Source: a virus
Lineage: Duplodnaviria > Caudoviricetes
Virus record (IMG/VR): IMGVR_UViG_3300033562_000464
Span: 1 to 55,278 of that record
Reading direction: 5' to 3' (one strand)
Length of the DNA: 55,278 nucleotides
Shown here: positions 46,841-55,278 of the stretch, piece by piece
How positions within the stretch are numbered: position 1 is the stretch's first letter
Layout: each line of letters starts with the position of its first letter
Program-made: the position numbers and the translations under genes
The notes under the pieces: generated by a model
Told to the model about the DNA's origin: nothing
Seen by the model: the letters and a program-made list of their open reading frames with translations, nothing else
Databases searched by the model: none

Positions 46841-47161
46841 TTAATTTTTTATTGTCCTTTGGTTGCCACGTTCAGAAATAAGTTGTCCACGCTCACCCCA
46901 CAAGCCAACATTAAAATCACTCATTTCACCATACTTTACACTTTCACTAAATGCAATTATTGCAGGCAAATCTTCTTCCTTGAAAAACCTTGTGAGCCTT
47001 TTATCAAGTATATAAAATTTTGGTAGCACCTTGTCGGTTTCAGGACCGCTACTCATCCACTCATACCAATGTTTTATAGTTTGTGGACTTTTGCCTATTT
47101 TTTTAGCAACCTCCCCAATCTTTAAATATTTTACACCGTCAACTATTTTCAATATATGCAC
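46841..47161 (-). CDS. MerR-like HTH DNA-binding protein
   Basis: LKIGEVAKKIGKSPQTIKHWY...LP...RFFKEEDL. Confidence 0.82.
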   Translation of the reverse strand: MHILKIVDGVKYLKIGEVAKKIGKSPQTIKHWYEWMSSGPETDKVLPKFYILDKRLTRFFKEEDLPAIIAFSESVKYGEMSDFNVGLWGERGQLISERGNQRTIKN

Positions 47162-47235
47162 CCCTTTATCTTGGTTATCTTTTACTTTTTATTAAGGGGG
47201 CATACATTTGCACACCCCCAGTTTCGTTTGTTCAA

Positions 47236-48918
47236 TTAACTTAATAGCCAATCTACTATTTCAACACGTTTTCCCTCACGTATAACACCATCAACCAACA
47301 TGTCAGATAATGCACCTTTTTCATAAACTATTTCCTCAATACGCTCATCTATTGTATCTTTACATACCAACGTTATTATATTAACTGTGCCTTTTGTTCC
47401 GATACGGTGTGCCCTGTCTTCCGCTTGGTCTTTTGTAGCTTGGTTCCAAGGGCTATCAAGAAAAATTTCTGTTGTGCCAGATGTTAATGTGTAGCCAGTT
47501 CCCATTGCACCAATAGTTCCGATTATTACTTTGCAAGTTGGGTCGTTTTGGAACCTATCTTTTTCAGCCATAGGCTCGTTTATTTCACCTGTAATAATTG
47601 CTGGGTTATATTGTGCCAAACGTTTTTCGGCTTCATTTGTAACGCTTGTCCAATTACTAAATATTAAAACCTTTTCGCCATTTTCAACCGCTTCCTCAAC
47701 TAGTTCTTCCATTCTGTCAAGCTTTGCACTTTCTGAAATTGTTGAGCTTAATATTCCCGTGAACCCTGTTGCTTGGCGTAATCTTATTAGTTGGGCTAGT
47801 GGATTATGGCTGAATTTAATTTGGTCAATATTTGCTTTGATTGCATTTTTTACATCTTTATAAAGTTGTGCTTGTTTTGGTGTCATTTCGACATATTCAG
47901 TTATTTTAACTTTTGGGGGTAAATCAAGCACTTCATCTTTTTTTCTTCTCAACATGTTAGCGTCAAGTATTTCCCTAAGTTGGCTGAGGTTTTTATAGCC
48001 CACTATTTCATAACCGCCATACCCACCCATAACACAATAATGATTTTTAAATGAGTATAAACTATGTTGTTCAACATCAATCCATTTTAATGGGTTATAA
48101 AGGTCAATAGGTTTGTTCATAAGTGGGGTTCCAGTTAGTGCCATTTTGTAAAAACTTTTGAGGCTGTGTATCGCTTTTCCTTGTTGACTAGTTGAGTTCT
48201 TTGCCTTATGGATTTCGTCAATAATTACCATACCAATTATTCCCTTTTTACACATTTGCTCAAGCTTGCTGCAAATTTCTTCATCCCTAAGTGTTTCAAT
48301 ATTTGTTACTAGGAAGAACTCGTTGTGTGCAACATTTAAATCTGCAAGTCGTTCTTTTACGCTGCCAATAACAACTTTTCCACCAGCTTTTATTGTGCTT
48401 CCTATTAGGTGGGCTTTTTCATTGCTATGTGTGCCTATTTCATTAACCCAGTTCCACTTTAAACCATTTACCCCTGCAACTATCAAACAATGTTTAAAAA
48501 GGCTTTTTCTAGCTATTGCAATGTCTATCGCTTGTTTTGTTTTCCCAAGCCCTTGTTCATCACCAAGTATGAACTTGTTGTGTGCTAACCCATAATTAAA
48601 ACCTTCTATTTGGTGGTTAAATGGCTCCGTCTTAAATCTATAACTGATTGTATCAACACCATCAAATATTGCACTCGCTTCTTCGGCTTTACCCTTTGTG
48701 TGGGCTTTGCCAATAATTTCAAGTTCTTCAGCCCCAAACAAGGCTATAACATTATTTATATCGCTTGTTGGCACTTCCCATTCCTTTGTTGTTGGTACAT
48801 AGTAGCGTTTCGACAATGTTTTTATTTTTGCAATTAATTCCATGCTATAGGGTATCTTCACATAAAGGCTCTCTTTTGTTTTTAAGTTTGTCGCTTGTTT
48901 TAAAGTTATTTGTATCAT
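47236..48918 (-). CDS. SNF2-family helicase
   Basis: DEQGLGKT, DEIH, LTGTP, LRR.K, KVLIFS, QAEDRAHRIG. Confidence 0.93.
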   Translation of the reverse strand: MIQITLKQATNLKTKESLYVKIPYSMELIAKIKTLSKRYYVPTTKEWEVPTSDINNVIALFGAEELEIIGKAHTKGKAEEASAIFDGVDTISYRFKTEPFNHQIEGFNYGLAHNKFILGDEQGLGKTKQAIDIAIARKSLFKHCLIVAGVNGLKWNWVNEIGTHSNEKAHLIGSTIKAGGKVVIGSVKERLADLNVAHNEFFLVTNIETLRDEEICSKLEQMCKKGIIGMVIIDEIHKAKNSTSQQGKAIHSLKSFYKMALTGTPLMNKPIDLYNPLKWIDVEQHSLYSFKNHYCVMGGYGGYEIVGYKNLSQLREILDANMLRRKKDEVLDLPPKVKITEYVEMTPKQAQLYKDVKNAIKANIDQIKFSHNPLAQLIRLRQATGFTGILSSTISESAKLDRMEELVEEAVENGEKVLIFSNWTSVTNEAEKRLAQYNPAIITGEINEPMAEKDRFQNDPTCKVIIGTIGAMGTGYTLTSGTTEIFLDSPWNQATKDQAEDRAHRIGTKGTVNIITLVCKDTIDERIEEIVYEKGALSDMLVDGVIREGKRVEIVDWLLS

Positions 48919-48960
48919 TTTAATACCTCCTAAAGTTTTTTCGTTTTACTACCTGAACAT

Positions 48961-48989
48961 ATTATATAATAATATTGGTATTATTGCAA
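48961..48989 (-). promoter_or_regulatory. Sigma-A early promoter, class Ib
   Basis: TTGCAA-N17-TATAAT-ATGTTCAG, downstream of a terminator at 49016-49040. Confidence 0.78.
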
Positions 48990-49071
48990 CATTTATTTTC
49001 AACCTTTTGATAATAAAAATAGGGGGGTTTTCACCCCCTACCTAATCAGTCATAATATGTGGCATTAATAT

Positions 49072-49938
49072 TTAAACTGTTTTTCTAAAATCTCGTCCAG
49101 ATGAAACTAAAAGTTTTGCATATTCAAGTTCTTCACGGTTTGTGATGTTGTATATTGCATCCAATGTCCATCCGAAGCTTTTTGGTACCACTTTGACATT
49201 TGCGAGCATTGTTTCGTTAAGTGATGCACTGTTTACATGAATTTTAAATTTTTTCTTTTGTGGATGCACTTCACAAATATTCTTAGTGCCTATAAAAATA
49301 CCACGATAGTTATTTGCATCTTTTAAAATAACGTCATCCCCGAGACCTTTGGCAAATGTTTCAAGTTCTTCCCTAAGTGCAACAATAACTGGGTCGGGTG
49401 TTTTTGGTTCTTTTAATGCTAGGTTTTGTTTATTGGCAAGTTTTTCGGCTCTAACACGTTCAGCCTCAGCAGATTTTTCCACTTTTGCTTTATTGGCTTC
49501 TTCTTTTTTAATCGCCTTTAACTTGTCTGCTTCGATCTTCGAATCGGCTTTAATTTTTGCTTCCGCTTCTTTCTTTTCAGCTTTTTCTTTGGCTGCAATT
49601 GCTTTTGCTTCAGCTTCGGCTTGCGTTTCTTCTTCTGTTTTTACGGGTTTTGTTTTGGCACCGACACCCTTTTCTTTGCCCTTATCAGCCACTTTAACGC
49701 CTTTTACTGTATTACTGTTAAGTACGGTGTTTGTAAGTGCTTGCTGGTTGTCATCGAAGTTTCCTTCGGCAGTTGTAGCTTCATCATACCATCTTTCAAA
49801 AGTACTTTTTGCAATTTCCTTTTCAACCCCGTCCATTAAAACTGTAACATTTTTGTCATCAAGTGCAACTACTTGATAAACCTTACCATCTTTCTTGGAT
49901 TTAACTTCCATACCGACTACTGTTTTTAGTGTACTCAT
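49072..49938 (-). CDS. Early protein: small beta domain, charged linker, DUF5655-like C-terminal domain
   Basis: Start MSTLKT. STFERWY and ICEVHPQKK...VPKSFGW motifs. Paralogue of 50089-50625. Confidence 0.6.
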   Translation of the reverse strand: MSTLKTVVGMEVKSKKDGKVYQVVALDDKNVTVLMDGVEKEIAKSTFERWYDEATTAEGNFDDNQQALTNTVLNSNTVKGVKVADKGKEKGVGAKTKPVKTEEETQAEAEAKAIAAKEKAEKKEAEAKIKADSKIEADKLKAIKKEEANKAKVEKSAEAERVRAEKLANKQNLALKEPKTPDPVIVALREELETFAKGLGDDVILKDANNYRGIFIGTKNICEVHPQKKKFKIHVNSASLNETMLANVKVVPKSFGWTLDAIYNITNREELEYAKLLVSSGRDFRKTV

Positions 49939-49986
49939 TTTAATACCTCCTATTTTTAATTGTGGGCAAATCGCCCTGTGTTTGAT

Positions 49987-50015
49987 ATTATATAGCAAAC
50001 CTAATCATATTGCAA
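49987..50015 (-). promoter_or_regulatory. Sigma-A early promoter
   Basis: TTGCAA-N17-TATAAT, downstream of a terminator at 50052-50077. Confidence 0.75.
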
Positions 50016-50088
50016 GCAAAAGTTCAATCAAGTTTGCTAATTATGTTAAATAAAAAGGGGTTTGTTTAAACCCCTTTAAAAATAACTT

Positions 50089-50625
50089 TTACCTAGCTTT
50101 TGCCCACTTGCTTAAATCAAGCTCAGCAATTAATTTTGCTACATCATCAGACGTTCTAATGTTTATTTCATTTTTGTAAGTCCAACCATAAGATTCAGGT
50201 ATTACTTTAATTTCAAATCCGTTTGCTGGGTTTACTTGGTGCAACACTCGCATAACAAGTCTTTTCTTTTGTAATCTAATTTCAGCAAAGTTGCCTTTTC
50301 CATCTAACTTAATAGCGGTTGTCCCGTTGGTGTTAACTTTGCAAATAATTCCTTCAACGCCTTCAAAATGTTTTAAAAGTGCTTTGTAAATAGTTTCCAA
50401 TCCTAAAAATAATTCACTTACTTGCTCGCTTCTTTCGGTTGTTTCAATTGTCACTGTGCGTTCAACAGGTTTCCACCATCTTTTTATTGTGCTAAATGTT
50501 AAATCTTGGTAGGTACCATCTACCATTTTTAAGGACGCTTTGTTATTAACTACACTGTTAATCTCACCAATTTTTTCAATTTCTTTAATACTTTGTAAAT
50601 TTAAGCCAACTTTAATTTCAAACAT
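50089..50625 (-). CDS. Early protein, short paralogue of 49072-49938
   Basis: STIKRWW and FAEIRLQKK...IPESYGW motifs. Confidence 0.6.
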   Translation of the reverse strand: MFEIKVGLNLQSIKEIEKIGEINSVVNNKASLKMVDGTYQDLTFSTIKRWWKPVERTVTIETTERSEQVSELFLGLETIYKALLKHFEGVEGIICKVNTNGTTAIKLDGKGNFAEIRLQKKRLVMRVLHQVNPANGFEIKVIPESYGWTYKNEINIRTSDDVAKLIAELDLSKWAKAR

Positions 50626-50674
50626 TTTTACTACCTCCTAAGTTTTAAGTTTGTGTTGTATTACCACTGAACAT

Positions 50675-50703
50675 ATTATATAATAATATTTATCATACTG
50701 CAA
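50675..50703 (-). promoter_or_regulatory. Sigma-A early promoter, class Ib
   Basis: TTGCAG-N17-TATAAT-ATGTTCAGTGGT. Confidence 0.75.
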
Positions 50704-50704
50704 G

Positions 50705-50899
50705 CTATTTTTTAATTATTTCATAAGTTTTTAAAAAGTTTAATACATCTTCATCACTCCAACGTCTAGCGTCTAACCCGTAATATATGCCAATCCTTTT
50801 TTTAACACCGTTTATATAATTTGGTGTAGATAGTTTTTGGGTAAAGGGGCTGGAGTTTTTAATTCCAGCCAGTTCAAAATATACGTTTAAATTAATCAT
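50705..50899 (-). CDS. Small hypothetical protein
   Basis: 64 aa, coupled to the amidoligase gene. Confidence 0.55.
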   Translation of the reverse strand: MINLNVYFELAGIKNSSPFTQKLSTPNYINGVKKRIGIYYGLDARRWSDEDVLNFLKTYEIIKK

Positions 50900-50900
50900 G

Positions 50901-51704
50901 TTATGCCACCCCCGTAAGTTGCTCTGAGCTTAGTGTTTGTATTCTTTTAGTAACATAATCGCCAACGTTTGAACCATTTATATTTAATTTAGCAAACATT
51001 GTTTCCATTGATTTTTGTAATGTTCCCCTTGAGCCAGTGTGTATATTAACTTTGTTTTCCTTTGCATAGTTTACTATTAAATGTGTAAGTATTGCCCAGT
51101 TAACAACTTTTTCTGATTCTACTGTGCCACTATGTTGTCTAAATTCTATTGTTCCGTATTTTACAAAACTTTTTATATTAAGTGTTTTGTAACGAGTGCC
51201 TATAGCATTATCCATGCTATAAACTGTTGTAGCTTCGTTTATTTCAGCAATTTCGCTTGAGCTAATTGCTCTGCAATAACCTTCGGTAGCACTTTGTCTT
51301 CTACTTTTTGGCATCATTGCATCAATAACATTTTTGTATTCATACATAAAATTGTAAAGGCTTTTAAAGTTTTCAACCGAGTAGTCATTTACATCGTGGT
51401 GTATGTGCACTCCACAAGTTTTATCAACCTTTGCACCACATTCAACAAGTGTTTCCATAACTACTTCAAGTTCATCAAGTCCAGCATCACTGTAAAGTAT
51501 TGGGCTAACAATTTCGTTCCCGTTCATAGCATCTGTTCCCGAAGTCGTAACGCTAGCGTCAGTTGTAATTTTCCAACATGTAGGCGTATTGTGGTTGTAG
51601 CCTTCCACGTTTGCAGCAACACCTTTTGCTCTTAATGCTCTTGCAACTTCTTCTTTTGTACATCCAAAAAATTCAATTTCAACGCCAATTTTTAAGTTTT
51701 TCAT
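50901..51704 (-). CDS. Putative amidoligase (COOH-NH2 ligase type 2)
   Basis: IGVEIEF, WK..TDASV, EIVSPIL, CGVHIH, RY..LN, TIEFRQH.GT. Confidence 0.88.
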   Translation of the reverse strand: MKNLKIGVEIEFFGCTKEEVARALRAKGVAANVEGYNHNTPTCWKITTDASVTTSGTDAMNGNEIVSPILYSDAGLDELEVVMETLVECGAKVDKTCGVHIHHDVNDYSVENFKSLYNFMYEYKNVIDAMMPKSRRQSATEGYCRAISSSEIAEINEATTVYSMDNAIGTRYKTLNIKSFVKYGTIEFRQHSGTVESEKVVNWAILTHLIVNYAKENKVNIHTGSRGTLQKSMETMFAKLNINGSNVGDYVTKRIQTLSSEQLTGVA

Positions 51705-51750
51705 TTTTAAAGCCCTCCGTTTTTTAAGTTTGTTTACCACCACTGAACAT

Positions 51751-51779
51751 ATTATATAATAATATAGCATGGATTGCAA
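51751..51779 (-). promoter_or_regulatory. Sigma-A early promoter, class Ib
   Basis: TTGCAA-N17-TATAAT-ATGTTCAGTGGT. Confidence 0.78.
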
Positions 51780-51800
51780 GTCCTTTTTTAAATTTTTGAT

Positions 51801-51835
51801 AAAAAAAACAGGGGTATTTATTCCCCTGTTTTTTT
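51801..51835. terminator. Bidirectional terminator ending the lysis cassette
   Basis: A8-CAGGGG...CCCCTG-T7. Confidence 0.8.
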
Positions 51836-51836
51836 G

Positions 51837-52163
51837 CTATTTAACGCTTCCGTTCCAATAACCGTCATCAAGTTTGTCTTTTGCTTTAAGGTATAGCCAA
51901 GCAACAATTATTTGTAATGATTTTTTTGATAAAATTAATTTAATTTTTAGGGGTAGCACATTCCATAATCCTTCAACTACCCACTCTTCTTGCTGGTAAC
52001 CACTATTTAAAACCTTGTCCCTTGTCATACGCTTTGCTGTTAGCATTGCTTCATATGAAAGAGACTTAAACTTTTCCCATTGGAATAAGGCATAAATAAC
52101 AATCGCCAAAATACAAACAATAACAAACCGCCATTCCCATAGTAATGATAATAAATCTGACAC
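51837..52163 (-). CDS. Putative holin
   Basis: Single N-terminal TM, downstream of the endolysin. Confidence 0.6.
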   Translation of the reverse strand: MSDLLSLLWEWRFVIVCILAIVIYALFQWEKFKSLSYEAMLTAKRMTRDKVLNSGYQQEEWVVEGLWNVLPLKIKLILSKKSLQIIVAWLYLKAKDKLDDGYWNGSVK

Positions 52164-52243
52164 AATACCACCTCCGCTAAATTTTTATGTTACCTAATCT
52201 ATTTTAAAAAGTGTATGCTATTTAAAAGCCATACACCCTAATT

Positions 52244-52942
52244 TTAATTCATTTTGTTTAAAGACCTACTAAATGCAATCTTTAAGTATTCGAGGTTCAC
52301 TACTTGCCTTCCCTCTAGCACATTGACCCAGTATTGGTTGTTTGTAAAAATGCCATGTTTTACTAATTCATCAACAAGTAACTCCACGTCACTTTTTTCG
52401 TCAAGTTCCCACAACTTGACCCCAAAATGTTTGCATATACTTTTGGCGAATATTTTTGCAATTAATTCAATATTACTTGTAATCCATTCAGCGGTAACAG
52501 GATTATCGTGAAAATCAATTTCAACAAGTGCAGAAGATGCGTCCGTATTAGCTAACTCATACATATGCTTCCCCTCACCATAATTATTAAAACCTTGTTT
52601 AACCCCCCTGTCGGATGTTGGTGTAATAATACTTATGTCATTATATAATAACCTTGCAAACTTTTCACCAACACCGCCAAACTTATGGCAAAATACTTCC
52701 GCACCCGTGCCACCGCCAGCATTTGAGTGTATTGCAAAATGAAAGTCAACTTTTTTAGAGTTGCTATCATCAACTATTTGTTTTAAATTCATTTCAGGTC
52801 TATTTCTATAAACCGTAAACCCTGAATTTTTAAGCAATGGGACAAGCACATCGGCAATTTTATTCATCCAAAATTCTTCTGTACCACCATTGATATAAGT
52901 ATTTTTTTCTTGTGTGGATGGGCTAATATAAATCTTGCTCAT
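52244..52942 (-). CDS. Endolysin, N-acetylmuramoyl-L-alanine amidase (Amidase_3)
   Basis: IYISPS.Q, TEE, AIHSNA, LVEIDFHDN. Confidence 0.9.
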   Translation of the reverse strand: MSKIYISPSTQEKNTYINGGTEEFWMNKIADVLVPLLKNSGFTVYRNRPEMNLKQIVDDSNSKKVDFHFAIHSNAGGGTGAEVFCHKFGGVGEKFARLLYNDISIITPTSDRGVKQGFNNYGEGKHMYELANTDASSALVEIDFHDNPVTAEWITSNIELIAKIFAKSICKHFGVKLWELDEKSDVELLVDELVKHGIFTNNQYWVNVLEGRQVVNLEYLKIAFSRSLNKMN

Positions 52943-52958
52943 TTAATATTCCTCCGTT

Positions 52959-53432
52959 TTAACTTAGAATTAATTTAATAATATCGGGTAAATATTGACT
53001 AGCTATAATTGCACCAACTGCTGCAAGTAGCCATTTTTTAAAGCTATTTTTTTCTTGTAGAGCTTGCCTTGCTGGTATGTTTTTAATATCATCAAGTTCG
53101 GTTTTAATATTAACCACTTTTAACTCAAGGTCTGTTTCAAGCTCTTCAATTTTTGTATGTACCCTAGTTAATGAATCTTTGTTAGCCATCATTTCCCTCA
53201 TTGTGTCCATCTCTTCTAACATTTTTTCTTGAACCCTACCTTGTTTTTCAAGAGCCGAACCTTGGGTTTCAATCGCTGTCAACATTTTACCGTTGTCAGA
53301 TGCTATTTGTATTAGTGTGATATGTAAATCTTTCGTAAGTTTAAATATTTCTGATAAAACCTCTGTCCTTGATTCAAGTTTACTAATTCTTTCTGAATGG
53401 TCTAATTGTAATTCGTTGCTACATCCGTCCAT
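52959..53432 (-). CDS. Coiled-coil protein with C-terminal TM (holin/XhlA-like lysis accessory)
   Basis: HSERISKLE...coiled coil...KWLLAAVGAII, upstream of the endolysin. Confidence 0.55.
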   Translation of the reverse strand: MDGCSNELQLDHSERISKLESRTEVLSEIFKLTKDLHITLIQIASDNGKMLTAIETQGSALEKQGRVQEKMLEEMDTMREMMANKDSLTRVHTKIEELETDLELKVVNIKTELDDIKNIPARQALQEKNSFKKWLLAAVGAIIASQYLPDIIKLILS

Positions 53433-53563
53433 GTATTACCCCCTAAAAATTTTATAGTAACACGGTATAATTAAATAATTATTTATATGCTTATTTATGT
53501 GCTTAATTATACCATGACAACTATAATTTTCATAGGAATATTATACGATACATATCTTAAAAA

Positions 53564-54961
53564 TTAATATATTCTTGTTGCCTTTGCTACCGATTGTTTC
53601 TTGTTTATTTTTTCGATGTAATCAGTAAGTAAACCTTTTCCAGCTATTCCGGCACTATCAACAGTAAATGATGTGCCAAAACCAGAATCCCCAAATTTAT
53701 GGGTCACATTTGTAATCACCCCAATAAGTCGGGCTCCGTCATTTGATATTATTTCGGCTATGTCACCAGTTACTAAATGGGGTCTAAATGGTCCCTCAAA
53801 CGTTTCAACTATGCCCGATTTACTTAAACTTTCAACCAAACCATCACCAATTATCCCAAGTTCTACTTCGCTAGTTTCATCTGGTGCTGTATAGATAAAT
53901 GTTTTTTGTGCTTGGTATACCCAATCATAATCATTGTATATGCCTTTATAAACTCTTCTAGTATAATCAACTTCACCGACCTTATACTTGCATTGACAAC
54001 AAACTCGGCTATAAACATCTTGGTCATCCCTAACTATGCCCCTACTAAATACTTCATAACCCCTATAAAATACATAGTTGCTGTTATAGTTTTTTATTGG
54101 GTCATAAGTAACGGATGAACCTGCTATTATATCACCATCAAGGGTTTCAAGCAATCGCCAATTTTTAGCAGTCCTTATCAATTCTTTTAGCCCACTTAGT
54201 AAGTCCATATCACTAGGGAACCGCATACCCATTTCCCAGACACTTGTTGATTGCACATCGTAATTTTCAACGCCAGCATAATCTAAAATATCAGTGACAT
54301 TTGTGTGATATAGTTGTGGACCGAAGTCGGTTGTTTCATTAAATTGTTGGTCTTTCAAAAGTTTGCCACTTATGTTTCTGCAATCAATTGATAAATCTCC
54401 GCCACCCGTTTTGAAATCAATTCTATCGATGTAAAATACACCCATAGGGTAATCATCCGAATCTCCAGCCGAGAAAAATAATTCAATTTTCATGCCTGGA
54501 TTTATCAATGAGTTATCCTCGCCCATCAATTTATTTAACGGGTTTTTAAAGGTCATTTGTGAGGTTGAAACATTGTTGTTATAATTTAATTGCACACCGC
54601 CATCAGTAAGGTAATTAGTAATATCACTCAATGTTCCCCATATTGCAAAACGATGTCTTTCGGGTGTAACAACATTATCAAACCTATCAAGAACCGTGTC
54701 TTGATGCCAAGTACCAAACACCCCAACCCTTGGGACATTTTTTAATCTAACTGATGACATGTTTGTGTCATGTGTTGCAACGGTTGGGGCACTAAATGCT
54801 GGGGTTCCCCAAGGTACATCCCCAGCAACTGTTACCCAATTTCTAATATTCAACACACCATCTAAAACACTAAATAAAATTACATTGTTATCAGGTAGGT
54901 GGACGGCAGAGGGATTAACCCCTGCCCCAAGATTACTAATATGCTCAAAAAGCAACTCCAT
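53564..54961 (-). CDS. Baseplate hub/tail-associated protein
   Basis: MGVFYID, PFRPHL.TGD..EI, ITNVTHKF...GF.T.F hub-like motifs. Confidence 0.65.
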   Translation of the reverse strand: MELLFEHISNLGAGVNPSAVHLPDNNVILFSVLDGVLNIRNWVTVAGDVPWGTPAFSAPTVATHDTNMSSVRLKNVPRVGVFGTWHQDTVLDRFDNVVTPERHRFAIWGTLSDITNYLTDGGVQLNYNNNVSTSQMTFKNPLNKLMGEDNSLINPGMKIELFFSAGDSDDYPMGVFYIDRIDFKTGGGDLSIDCRNISGKLLKDQQFNETTDFGPQLYHTNVTDILDYAGVENYDVQSTSVWEMGMRFPSDMDLLSGLKELIRTAKNWRLLETLDGDIIAGSSVTYDPIKNYNSNYVFYRGYEVFSRGIVRDDQDVYSRVCCQCKYKVGEVDYTRRVYKGIYNDYDWVYQAQKTFIYTAPDETSEVELGIIGDGLVESLSKSGIVETFEGPFRPHLVTGDIAEIISNDGARLIGVITNVTHKFGDSGFGTSFTVDSAGIAGKGLLTDYIEKINKKQSVAKATRIY

Positions 54962-54965
54962 CTAG

Positions 54966-55193
54966 TCACCTACTTTCGTTTTCTTGCAAAGCATCTTTAA
55001 CAGCTTGTTTAACAATTTCTTCAATAGCTGGTGCACTTTCAACAACCTCAACAACTTCTTCATAAGGCACATCAATTATCTCATGTTCCTTTGTGTTAAA
55101 TGACTTCCCACACTTAGGGCAATCAACAAATTCGGCGATTGTTTCAAAGTCAAAATATTGTCCACATTCACACGTTACATTTCCTTTTATCAT
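54966..55193 (-). CDS. Small zinc-ribbon protein in the tail module
   Basis: CECG and CPKCG. Confidence 0.6.
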   Translation of the reverse strand: MIKGNVTCECGQYFDFETIAEFVDCPKCGKSFNTKEHEIIDVPYEEVVEVVESAPAIEEIVKQAVKDALQENESR

Positions 55194-55196
55194 TTA

Positions 55197-55278
55197 TTAT
55201 ACCCCCTCCCCAAATTGTATTGAAGCAGAAACGTCTACCACATATTGATTTGTTTTATGAATACCTTTAGTTGTGTAA
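55197..55278 (-). CDS. 3' end of a truncated tail gene
   Basis: Open frame TQLKVFIKQINMVDVSASIQFGEGV** ending just before the next ATG. Confidence 0.45.
   Translation of the reverse strand, partial: YTTKGIHKTNQYVVDVSASIQFGEGV

Noticed and set aside
1148-49876. Long plus-strand ORFs (for example 1148-1873, 2168-3124, 8135-8854, 10361-11299, 49349-49876)
   Set aside because: They are antisense shadows of well-supported minus-strand genes, rich in Ser/Phe/Leu, with no recognisable motifs.
1-55278. Lysogeny module, tRNAs, diversity-generating retroelement, 7-deazaguanine genes
   Set aside because: No integrase, divergent repressor, cloverleaf, reverse transcriptase or Que/Dpd motifs recognised. 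They could still lie outside the window.
55270-55278. Direct circular join of the two ends via a shared TTA
   Set aside because: A 3-nt overlap is expected by chance and is not evidence of a terminal repeat.

Overview
A near-complete genome (about 55 kb, AT-rich) of a long-tailed dsDNA siphophage, most likely infecting a Firmicute (clostridial-type RBS and sigma-A promoters, Amidase_3 endolysin). Every credible gene is on the minus strand. Reading from high to low coordinates, the order is: tail end and lysis (55278-51837); early genes (51704-46841); a Streptococcus phage Dp-1-like replication block (45950-24761: initiator, DnaC, DnaB, DnaG, sigma factor, SSB, PolA, beta-clamp, Cas4-like nuclease, RecU, dUTPase, RecA, DnaX/HolB/HolA); small accessory genes (24779-19515); packaging and head genes, including a MuF-ADP-ribosyltransferase fusion and a four-gene fibre cassette; then tail genes running off position 1. 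Both ends fall inside tail genes. I saw no integrase, repressor, tRNA or CRISPR array. The most notable candidate system is an amino-methyltransferase-fold protein with a beta-clamp-binding motif, translationally coupled to a minimal fold-type-II PLP enzyme, which suggests replisome-coupled DNA hypermodification. Other highlights are an unannotated 40-aa SSB-tail-mimic peptide, a nine-copy promoter class (likely read by the phage sigma factor) often built into terminator hairpins, a +1 frameshift at UCC UUU CGU C, and structured leader RNAs. All calls come from reading motifs by eye; no searches were run.
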